Of a stretch of DNA of 64,000 bases, positions 49,262 to 57,515 are shown one piece after another (the first letter of the stretch is position 1; the number at the start of each line of letters is the position of its first letter). Position numbers and translations under genes: made by a program. Source of the stretch: a virus; the IMG/VR virus record IMGVR_UViG_3300036790_000500, positions 43,054 through 107,053 of that record; one strand, written 5' to 3'. The notes below the pieces were generated by a model that worked only from the letters and a program-made list of their open reading frames with translations, was not told the DNA's origin and ran no database searches.

Positions 49262-49293
49262 CTGTCGGAGCGTCTTTTTAGGACCCAGAACCA

Positions 49294-50376
49294 ATGAGCA
49301 TCGTCAAGAACGCCGTCAAGGAGTCGAAGGACGTCGCCCGCCTCGCGGTCGATGCGGCCAAGAACGAACTCATCGAGCAACTGACGCCGACGATTAAGCA
49401 AATCATCGACGGACAACTTCGAGCGGGAACGCTCGGTCGCGACGTCCTCGCCCTGGAGGGCGTGAACAGGATGCGACAGGCCGCCGACGGATACGGCGGC
49501 ATCTCTGACTTTGAAGAGGGCAAGGACATGAAGAACAAGAAGGATAAGATGGAGTCCGTTGCCGCCCTTTTCCCGGGCGTCACGGAGGTCTCCGACGTCG
49601 CCGAGTCCGAGGACATGGACGAGGCGGCCTGTGAGGACAACGACGACGGCCACGCCGACATGAAGGAGTCTGACGAGATGGGTAACGAGGGTGACGGCAT
49701 GGACGAGACGATTGAAATCTCGGAGTCGGAGTTGGACGCGATGTACGCGGAGGCCCTGCAACTCGAGGTCGACGTGTCCAAGGGCTTCAAGGACATGGCC
49801 AAGCCCCATGAACTCGGCGCCGGCGCGAAGTACAACAACACCACGGAGCCCGGCTCGCTCGAGAAGTTGAAGAGCGGCGAGCACGAGTGGGACGATGAAC
49901 TTCCCCCGCACAAGCAGGACTTCATCCCGGAGCAACTTCGGAACCTGGTCCGCAACGGTGTTGCGGAGAACAAGGCGCTGTCCGAGCAGAACGGTCAACT
50001 TCGTGAGATGGTGCGGAACCTCCACGGCAAACTCACGGAGATGAATCTGCTAAACAGCAAGATTCTCCACGTCAACAAGTTCATGACGGCGCACCGCCTC
50101 ACCGCGGAGCAGAAGAAGACCGTCATTGAGAGCATCGATAAGGGAAGCACGGTGAAGGAAGTCAAGAGCATCTACGGGATTCTCGAGAGTTCCTTCAAGT
50201 CGGCCGGAGCGGTAAACGAGTCCACCGCTCGCCGGGCCCCCCGTGCGGATTCCCAGAAGCGCCGCACGAGCGGCGCGCCCGACACCCGAGTCCTCCGTGA
50301 GTCGGCGGACAAGGCGGAGGGCCGCGGCTTCAGCCGCTGGCAGCACCTCGCCGGACTAACGAACGGCAAGGACTGA
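49294..50376 (+). CDS. Prohead scaffolding protein (gp22-like)
   Basis: Acidic middle region, coiled coil, EMNLLNSKILHVNK and terminal RWQHLAGL; directly upstream of the capsid gene. Confidence 0.8.
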   Translation: MSIVKNAVKESKDVARLAVDAAKNELIEQLTPTIKQIIDGQLRAGTLGRDVLALEGVNRMRQAADGYGGISDFEEGKDMKNKKDKMESVAALFPGVTEVSDVAESEDMDEAACEDNDDGHADMKESDEMGNEGDGMDETIEISESELDAMYAEALQLEVDVSKGFKDMAKPHELGAGAKYNNTTEPGSLEKLKSGEHEWDDELPPHKQDFIPEQLRNLVRNGVAENKALSEQNGQLREMVRNLHGKLTEMNLLNSKILHVNKFMTAHRLTAEQKKTVIESIDKGSTVKEVKSIYGILESSFKSAGAVNESTARRAPRADSQKRRTSGAPDTRVLRESADKAEGRGFSRWQHLAGLTNGKD

Positions 50377-50416
50377 ACCTCTACCCAGGACCGACTGAGA
50401 CTCAGGAGAACGAACA

Positions 50417-52168
50417 ATGAGTGAGAATCTGATTAGGGAAATGTCCCGGGACGTGGTTCAGCAGAACCTCCTTAAGGAGGGGAAGCGAATCCACGCCAAG
50501 TGGCAGAAGACGGGCCTCCTCGAGGGCCTCGACGACAAGCGCGGCGCGATGATTGCCCGCCTCATGGAGAACCAACTCAAGGAGTTCCTCCTCAAGGAGA
50601 ACTCCACCCAGAGCGACATCATTGGCTTCCAGAACGTGGCCTTTCCCATCATCCGGCGCGTGTTCGCCGGTCTGATTGCGAACGAACTCGTCTCGGTCCA
50701 GCCGATGAGCCTGCCCTCGGGTCTGCTCTTCTACATGGACTACCGGTACGACACGCAGAAGGCCGGTGACCAGGCGGACAACTTCGCCACGGGCGGCTCT
50801 ATCTTCGGTGACCGCAACTCGCTTCAGGACGCCAAGGGCTCGGGCGGCCCGTACAACTACTCGCCGTCCTTCTCGCTCCGTGAGCGCGTCTCGACGGCGA
50901 CCTTCTCGGCCTCGTTCGCAGTGCCGACCATCGTCGACATCGAGTGGGACCCGGAGTTGTCGGCGTCGATGACGCCGACTCCGGCCGGATTCGCGAAGAT
51001 GACCGTGACGAACGGCTACGCGGCGCTCGTTGCGTCGGGTGGCCTCTCGTCGGCGGCCGAACTGAAGATGGCGGTGCCGGTCTCCGGTACCTCGACCTCC
51101 TGGGCCTACGTGTCGCCGGGTAACTCCAGCAACACGGACGGCGTGCCGGTCCAGTTCGCGCAGGCCGCCGGCGTCGGTGGCCTCCACGTCTATCGTCGGT
51201 TCACCAAGGTGGCCCCGAACGGCGTCGACCTGACCTTCATCGTCTCAGGCACTGCCGCTGACGTGAACGGCGCCGCCGCAGGCGGTCCCGCGGGCGCCGC
51301 GGCCATCAAACTCAGTTGGCCCATCGCGCCGACCCTCACGGGCGGCACCTCGGGCACCCTGACGCTCGATGCGAACGAGTCGGACCTCGGCGGCCCGGCG
51401 ATGCCGGTCATTCCGCAACTCGACTTCCAGATTCAGTCGGTGGCTGTCACCGCCAAGAGCCGTAAACTCAAGGCGCAGTGGACTCCGGAACTGGCTCAGG
51501 ACCTCGCTGCGTACCAGAACCTGGACGCTGAAGTTGAGTTGACCCAGGTCCTCTCGGAGCAGATTGCTCTCGAGATTGACCGTGAAATCCTCGCGGAACT
51601 TCTGTTCCGGGCGACGGGCGCGAACTACTACTGGTCGCGCGCTCCGGGCAGGTTCCTGGACAAGACGACGGGCAGCCAGGTCACGGGCGCGACCTTCACC
51701 GGTACGGTCCGTGAGTGGTACGAGACCCTAATCGAGTGCATCATCGACGTTGGCAACCAGATTCAGCGGAAGACGCTCCGCGGAGCCGCGAACTTCCTCG
51801 TGACGTCCCCGGACGTCTCGACGATTCTCGAGGCCTCGGTGCTCTACAAGCCGATTTACGACGCCACGGACACGATGCAGACCACGATGGGAATCGGTAC
51901 CGAGAAGATTGGTACCATGTCGCAGCGGTACACGGTCTACAAGGACCCGTACTTCCCCCGCAACAAGATTCTCATCGGGTACAAGGGCTCGAGTTTCCTC
52001 GAGACGGGCTTCGTCTACGCCCCGTACGTGCCGCTCATCGTGACTCCGGTCATCTACAAGTACGATGACCTTACTCCGACGAAGGGCGTCATGACGAGGT
52101 ACGCGAAGCAGTTGGTCAGGAGTGACTTCTACGGTACCCTTACCGTCCAAGACATGAACTACCCGTGA
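50417..52168 (+). CDS. Major capsid protein (T4 gp23-like)
   Basis: KWQKTGLLEGL, LVSVQPMSLPSGLLFY, KSRKLKAQWTPELAQDL, EIDREIL, YAPYVPL and GVMTRYAK motifs. Confidence 0.97.
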   Translation: MSENLIREMSRDVVQQNLLKEGKRIHAKWQKTGLLEGLDDKRGAMIARLMENQLKEFLLKENSTQSDIIGFQNVAFPIIRRVFAGLIANELVSVQPMSLPSGLLFYMDYRYDTQKAGDQADNFATGGSIFGDRNSLQDAKGSGGPYNYSPSFSLRERVSTATFSASFAVPTIVDIEWDPELSASMTPTPAGFAKMTVTNGYAALVASGGLSSAAELKMAVPVSGTSTSWAYVSPGNSSNTDGVPVQFAQAAGVGGLHVYRRFTKVAPNGVDLTFIVSGTAADVNGAAAGGPAGAAAIKLSWPIAPTLTGGTSGTLTLDANESDLGGPAMPVIPQLDFQIQSVAVTAKSRKLKAQWTPELAQDLAAYQNLDAEVELTQVLSEQIALEIDREILAELLFRATGANYYWSRAPGRFLDKTTGSQVTGATFTGTVREWYETLIECIIDVGNQIQRKTLRGAANFLVTSPDVSTILEASVLYKPIYDATDTMQTTMGIGTEKIGTMSQRYTVYKDPYFPRNKILIGYKGSSFLETGFVYAPYVPLIVTPVIYKYDDLTPTKGVMTRYAKQLVRSDFYGTLTVQDMNYP

Positions 52169-52202
52169 TAGCGGCCTAACCCAGGCAATGGGTTAGACGG
52201 TC

Positions 52203-52236
52203 AAGGCCCGGCGGCGAGAGTCTCCGGGCCTTTGTT
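52203..52236 (+). terminator. Probable intrinsic terminator after the capsid gene
   Basis: AAGGCCCGG...CCGGGCCTT stem (52203-52232) with a GAGA loop, followed by TGTT. Confidence 0.65.
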
Positions 52237-52543
52237 GTCTCCGCCGCATGCCTCGCTTTCGGGTACAAGGCGCCGGCTCGAACGCAGAGACGAGCCGGCC
52301 CTACTTACCATTGCTCTCTCTCTCTAACAGTAGCATACTGCATCTTTACAGAGTGAAGTGACCTGTCCCGAGCGAAGGCCTTCGGTGCCGGTCTCGGGGT
52401 ATCAACTTGCTCTCCCAAACCACTCAATTCGTTCATCTCCTGGTCACCGTCGTGACCCTCTGGGTGGTGGTCCGTCGTGGCCAGGCCCCGTCCCTCGACG
52501 CCACGAGCGTCCGCCGCTGTGAGCGCTGCCGAGGAGCCCTTCG

Positions 52544-54100
52544 ATGCCGATGAGCACCCCGTCCCCGACCACCGTGACGCTGCTCTCGGGCAGCACCACC
52601 GAAACCACCTCGGGTGGCACGCCCAACGGTAGGTCCAACCCGACCTGGGTGACCGGCTCGGTTTACGTCCTGAACCAAACGGCCGGCGGCGCGGCCTCCA
52701 ACGTCGTCGCCAACAGCGGCTCCGTCGTGGGCCTGCTCATGGGCGGCCAACCGGTCTCGACCGGCAATCCGGTCGTCGTCACTGGCAGCGTCTACGTCAT
52801 CAATCCATCGGGCGGCGGCTCCGGCGGCAACATTACGTCACAGAGCGGAAGCGTCACCGGCCTGCTCATGGGTGGCCAACCGGTGGCGGGCGCCAATCCC
52901 CTCTGGGTGACCGGCTCCGTGGGCCTTACCAACTCACCGGCCTCCACCACAGTCATCTCTGGAAGCGTCTCGGGGCTCCTCGTTGGAGGGCAGCCGAACT
53001 CCCAGGCCAACCCGCTTCCGGCGCTACACGTCAGCGGCTCCGTGACCGGTCTCCTGGTCGGGGGACTTGGCGTCTCGACCGCGAACCCCGTGCCGGTGGT
53101 CCAAGAGGGAACGGTCACGGTCACGGGGTCAATAGGCTTCACCCAGGGAATCGCGATAACGGCGCTTCCCAGTGTCACGGTCAGCAACTTCCCTGCGACG
53201 CAGGCAATCACCGGTAGCGTCGGGTTGACCGCCGCGGTCACCGTCGCCAATCCGCAGACCACTGTGACGACCGTCTCCGGCTCCGTGGCCGGGTTGCTCC
53301 AGGGCGGTCAGGTCGTCTCGACGGCCAATCCGCTTCCCATCACGGGTTCCGTCTACATCATAAATCCGTCGGGGGGAGCCGGAGGAAGCGTTACCGCGCA
53401 GAGCGGCTCGGTCACCGGTCTCCTCATGGGTGGACTGCCTGTCTCCAGCGGCAACCCGCTCTGGGTCACCGGGTCCGTCTATGTCTTGGACCCAGGCGGC
53501 GGAGCGGGAGGCAGCGTGACGGTGCAGTCCGGCTCCGTCACCGGCCTGTTGGTCGGCGGCCAGCCCGTCTCCGCCGCCGACCCCGTCCCCGTCTCCCAAC
53601 AGGGGACCGTCACCGTCACCGGCTCCGTCGGCTTCACCCAGGGTGTCGCGGTCACCAACTTCCCCGTCACCCAGAACGTGGCCTCCGGCTCGGTCGTCGG
53701 ACTGCTCATCGGCGGCGTCCCGGTAAATTCCACGAATTGGGTGCCTGTGCAGGACGTGGCCGGCACGCTGGCCGACGAGACGGGCGTCGTTCGGACCGTC
53801 AACCGGTCGTTCGCCAATGCGACGACGTCCGGAAACACCCAGGTCGTCGCGGCCCAGGGAGCCGGCGTTCGCATCCGGGTCATCGCGGTCCACGTCATGA
53901 CGGACACCGCCATGGCCATAAAGTTTCAGTCCGCGACGAGCGACATCTCGGCCGGAATGGTCCTGGCGGCAAACGGAGGCTACGTGAAGCAGGAGAACGA
54001 ACACGGCTGGTTTCAGACGGCGGCGAACGCCGCTCTGAACATTAACCTCGGGGTAAACGGCAACGTCGGCGTCGATGTGGTCTGGGTACAGGCGACCTGA
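52544..54100 (+). CDS. Repeat-rich head fibre/decoration protein
   Basis: About eight SGSV.GLL.GG.PVS..NP..VTGSV repeats; GAGGAG RBS; C-terminal domain shared with 16596-17345. Confidence 0.75.
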   Translation: MPMSTPSPTTVTLLSGSTTETTSGGTPNGRSNPTWVTGSVYVLNQTAGGAASNVVANSGSVVGLLMGGQPVSTGNPVVVTGSVYVINPSGGGSGGNITSQSGSVTGLLMGGQPVAGANPLWVTGSVGLTNSPASTTVISGSVSGLLVGGQPNSQANPLPALHVSGSVTGLLVGGLGVSTANPVPVVQEGTVTVTGSIGFTQGIAITALPSVTVSNFPATQAITGSVGLTAAVTVANPQTTVTTVSGSVAGLLQGGQVVSTANPLPITGSVYIINPSGGAGGSVTAQSGSVTGLLMGGLPVSSGNPLWVTGSVYVLDPGGGAGGSVTVQSGSVTGLLVGGQPVSAADPVPVSQQGTVTVTGSVGFTQGVAVTNFPVTQNVASGSVVGLLIGGVPVNSTNWVPVQDVAGTLADETGVVRTVNRSFANATTSGNTQVVAAQGAGVRIRVIAVHVMTDTAMAIKFQSATSDISAGMVLAANGGYVKQENEHGWFQTAANAALNINLGVNGNVGVDVVWVQAT

Positions 54101-54102
54101 GC

Positions 54103-54900
54103 ATGGCGTTAACCACACGAGACGGGCTCATCGCGGCCTTGGCCGGCAGCCAGGACATGACGTATTACAAGTCGGCCTCACGCACCACGGTCGCCGGCGT
54201 CTGGTTCTCCATGTTTGACCTCGCGGGAAACCCCGGAGCGGGCGTGCTAGCGGGCACGAGCACCGCCGCCGGCGTTGTACCCGATGACACCGTTCCCGGA
54301 ACGATTCCCGTGAACTCCTTCTCGGGCAGCAACACCGGGTACGTCTCGAACGTCGATTACGGGTCATCCGTGGCGTGTCGTTTTCGGGTCTATGACATGC
54401 TCTTCAAGGCGGGCGCGTTCACCTTTAGCGCCAGCGGAACCCTCTCCGGTCAGCCGAGTTACTCGTCTCGGGTCCCCGGCGGAGACTACGACGGCCTCCA
54501 GATTTGGCTGGAGACGGTCACGGCGTTCACGGGAAACCAGAGCATTAACATAACGTACACCAATCAGAGCGGCGTTGTGAAGAGCACCGGAGTGATAGCG
54601 ACGGGTGCCGCTCCGACCGTCGGCCGCCTGTTCCAGGTCCCACTCGCCGCGGGAGACACGGGAGTGCAACAGATAAACGGGGTCGTTTCGACGGTCGCTA
54701 CGGTGGGAACGTTCAACGTCCTCGTCCTTCGTCGGCTCGTCTCCTGTCGGGTGCGAATGGTCAACGACGGCGGCGTCAAGGGTCCCGACCTGACCGGGCT
54801 TCCCATAGTCTATTCCAACAGCGCTCTCTACGTGATGGTGGCCACCGACAGCACCGCGACCGGCGTTCCTGAACTGCAAATCTCGGTCATCAACGGTTAA
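54103..54900 (+). CDS. Virion decoration-like protein, paralog A
   Basis: Tandem paralog of 54907-55695 (YDMLFK, TYTNQSG, PLA.GDTGVQ, GTFNVLVLRRL). Confidence 0.7.
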   Translation: MALTTRDGLIAALAGSQDMTYYKSASRTTVAGVWFSMFDLAGNPGAGVLAGTSTAAGVVPDDTVPGTIPVNSFSGSNTGYVSNVDYGSSVACRFRVYDMLFKAGAFTFSASGTLSGQPSYSSRVPGGDYDGLQIWLETVTAFTGNQSINITYTNQSGVVKSTGVIATGAAPTVGRLFQVPLAAGDTGVQQINGVVSTVATVGTFNVLVLRRLVSCRVRMVNDGGVKGPDLTGLPIVYSNSALYVMVATDSTATGVPELQISVING

Positions 54901-54906
54901 GCCCAA

Positions 54907-55695
54907 ATGCCTCTCACGACGCAGGCAGAGTTACTTCAGGCGATGAATCGACAGCAGGACCTGCAGTACGTTAAGACGGCGTCCGCGACCTCGGTCGCCG
55001 CGACGTGGTGCTCCCTCTTTAACCTCGCTGGGATTCCCGTCGCGGGAACGCTCTCCGGTTCCGTCGCCGTCGTGCCGACCAGTGCGACGACGGGGTGTCC
55101 CTCCATTCAGCCCTTCACGGGAAGCACCGGCTACATCACGACCGTTGAGCACGGCTGCTCCGTCGCCACCCGCTGGCGGCTCTATGACATGCTCTTCAAG
55201 ACGGGGACGCAGAACGTCCTCAGCACGGGTACCCTCTCCGGCCAGCCGAGTTACTCCAGTCGGATACCGAACGGCGACTATGCCGGAACCCAGATATGGA
55301 TTGAGGCCGTGACGGCCTTCACGGGGGTTCCCGCGTTCACCGTGACTTACACGAACCAGAGCGGCGTGACAGGACAGACAACGGGCGGCGTGGTCGCCCC
55401 GTCCGCCCTAAAGTTAGCGAACATGTTTCAGATGCCCCTGGCGTCGGGAGACACGGGTGTGCAGAGGATAGAGAGCGTCGCCTGCGGCACCGCCACGGTC
55501 GGGACGTTCAATGTTCTGGTCCTCCGACGCCTTCTCTCGGGCAGGGTCGTCACGCCCGACGATAGCGGCGTCAAGGGTCCCGACCTGACCGGGCTGCCGC
55601 AGGTCTACGCCACCAGCGCTCTCTACGTGATGGTGGCACCGGACAGCACGTCCACGGGGGTCCCTGAGTTCGTCTTCGACGTCTGCAGCGGGTGA
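54907..55695 (+). CDS. Virion decoration-like protein, paralog B
   Basis: Tandem paralog of 54103-54900 with the same motifs. Confidence 0.7.
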   Translation: MPLTTQAELLQAMNRQQDLQYVKTASATSVAATWCSLFNLAGIPVAGTLSGSVAVVPTSATTGCPSIQPFTGSTGYITTVEHGCSVATRWRLYDMLFKTGTQNVLSTGTLSGQPSYSSRIPNGDYAGTQIWIEAVTAFTGVPAFTVTYTNQSGVTGQTTGGVVAPSALKLANMFQMPLASGDTGVQRIESVACGTATVGTFNVLVLRRLLSGRVVTPDDSGVKGPDLTGLPQVYATSALYVMVAPDSTSTGVPEFVFDVCSG

Positions 55696-55698
55696 CGA

Positions 55699-55881
55699 GT
55701 GGCGCAACTATTCCTTCAAAGCCCCGGATTCGCGGCGGAACAGGCCGACAGCGGAACCACTCTGTTGTTAAGCCTGGGAACGTATTCGACAATCGTTGAC
55801 AGCGAGTTGTTCTCCGCTCCCGCTCCACCGCCGCCGGTAGGCAGCACGGCCGTCCTCATGCCCTGCCTCGACTGCGGATAA
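55699..55881 (+). CDS. Small hypothetical protein
   Basis: 60-aa ORF that fits the operon spacing. Confidence 0.45.
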   Translation: MAQLFLQSPGFAAEQADSGTTLLLSLGTYSTIVDSELFSAPAPPPPVGSTAVLMPCLDCG

Positions 55882-55922
55882 AAACGGTCCGTCTCCCCGT
55901 TCGACGGCTATTTTAATGAACC

Positions 55923-56261
55923 ATGGCCAGCGAAGCCCAGTTCAATACCACCGCCGTCTCGGGCTCGGACCAGCACTGGTTGGTCGCAAGCACCGTCAGC
56001 ACGACCCTCATTCTCTCGGCCTCCCAGGAGCAGCGGAGCCACGCGTCAATCTTCAATGACAGCCCGGCCACCCTCTACTTGAAGTTCGGTTCAGACTCGA
56101 GCATGGCGACCGGCTCGTCCGGCGTCTGGGACGTCAAGTTGACCTCTGGAACGTACTTCGAACTGCCGAAGCCCGAGTGGCAGGGCGAGGTCTGGGGCTC
56201 CTGGGACAGCGGCTCGGCGGGCGGCTTCGCTCGCGTCTTGCAACTCGGAACTCCTCGCTGA
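55923..56261 (+). CDS. Small beta-rich virion protein
   Basis: R...SIFNDSPATLYLKFG...L.SG.YFELP...GEV.G.W pattern seen in small head decoration-like proteins. Confidence 0.6.
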   Translation: MASEAQFNTTAVSGSDQHWLVASTVSTTLILSASQEQRSHASIFNDSPATLYLKFGSDSSMATGSSGVWDVKLTSGTYFELPKPEWQGEVWGSWDSGSAGGFARVLQLGTPR

Positions 56262-56341
56262 TGCCGCTTTTTAAGCCCGGTCAACCCATCGCGAGCATCC
56301 TCCGCCCCGTGGACAAGTCCAAGGGCGGTAAGCGCTGAGCC

Positions 56342-57499
56342 ATGCCCTTCACTCCCGGTTCAACTGCCTTCGGTGTTTACGACAACGACGCGATGTTCGC
56401 GTCCGATGCGGACCACATCGTGAAGTACGTTTCGGTGAAACTCGGCGGCGGATTGCCTCCGATAGTCGGACCGGACGGGACCCACGTACAGGTGGAACTC
56501 TCGTCGTCGGACATCTACACATGCTTCGAGGAGGCAACGGTCGAGTACTCCGCCATCGTGAACGCCTATCAGGCGAAGTCCGCGATGGCCTCGTATCTCG
56601 GGTCCAACACAGGCTCGTTGACCGGTGGACAGAACCGGTATCCGGCCAACTCGCTTGAGTGGGCCCGACGGCAGGCCCAGCCCTTCGGTGAGGAGGCCTA
56701 CGTCGGCGGCAATCGCACGCTCTATAGCGCTTCAATTCAACTCCAACCGGGCGTGCAGGACTACGACCTCCAGGAACTCCTGAACCCGACCGGGTCGGAC
56801 GGGTCCCCCTGTCGAATCATCGTTCGTAAGATATTCCACTTCTCTCCGTTCGCGACCGCGCGCTTCTTTGGAACGACCGCGGCCATCAACTACCTGAACG
56901 GCCAGTTCAACTTTCAGAGTTTCACGCCGGAGTCGGTCTTCTACATGCTCCCGGTCTGGGAGGACGTCCTTCGCGGGGCCCAGTTTGAACTCTCGAACAA
57001 GGTTCGACGGTCCAACTACAGTTTCGAGATGCACGGGCCGGACAACGTTCTGAAGGTCCTTCCCTGTCCGAACTGCGACAACACGATGTTCCTGACCTAC
57101 AACCTCATGGACATGTCCATCGAGCCGGTCGACCCGAACGACCCGATGACGTACGGGGTGTCCAACCTCAGCGACATTCCGTTCGGCAACATCTCGTACT
57201 CGAGCATCAACTCAATCGGTCGACAGTGGATATGGAAGATGTCTCTCTCCTACGCTAAGGAGGTCCTCGGTCTTATTCGTCGAAAGATGCTGACCGTGCC
57301 CATCCCGGGCGGTGACCTCCAACTCGACGGCAGCGACCTGGTGAACGACTCTCGCCAGGAGATGGACGCGCTGCGCGGGGAACTCCGGGACCTACTGGAC
57401 TCCATGACCTACGACAAGTTGGCCGCCAAGGAGGCCGAGCAGGCCGCGAACCTGACTCGGTTGCTGAGCGGGGTCCCGATGCGGATATACACCGGCTGA
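56342..57499 (+). CDS. Neck protein (T4 gp13-like)
   Basis: KLGG...VELS...FEEA..EYS, QDYDL and AKEVLGLIRRK...PIPGGDLQLDG motifs. Confidence 0.85.
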   Translation: MPFTPGSTAFGVYDNDAMFASDADHIVKYVSVKLGGGLPPIVGPDGTHVQVELSSSDIYTCFEEATVEYSAIVNAYQAKSAMASYLGSNTGSLTGGQNRYPANSLEWARRQAQPFGEEAYVGGNRTLYSASIQLQPGVQDYDLQELLNPTGSDGSPCRIIVRKIFHFSPFATARFFGTTAAINYLNGQFNFQSFTPESVFYMLPVWEDVLRGAQFELSNKVRRSNYSFEMHGPDNVLKVLPCPNCDNTMFLTYNLMDMSIEPVDPNDPMTYGVSNLSDIPFGNISYSSINSIGRQWIWKMSLSYAKEVLGLIRRKMLTVPIPGGDLQLDGSDLVNDSRQEMDALRGELRDLLDSMTYDKLAAKEAEQAANLTRLLSGVPMRIYTG

Positions 57500-57515
57500 T
57501 TTTTGAGGAGAACGA

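Noticed and set aside
52169-52400. tRNA gene in the post-capsid spacer
   Set aside because: No cloverleaf with properly placed D and T arms could be built.
52640-53750. Repeated DNA units resembling a CRISPR array or DGR repeats
   Set aside because: They are degenerate in-frame coding repeats with synonymous variation; there are no constant repeats with unique spacers and no cas or reverse transcriptase gene.
54103-55695. Possible DGR template/variable repeat pair
   Set aside because: Both copies are full ORFs, differences are not confined to adenines, and no reverse transcriptase is in the window.
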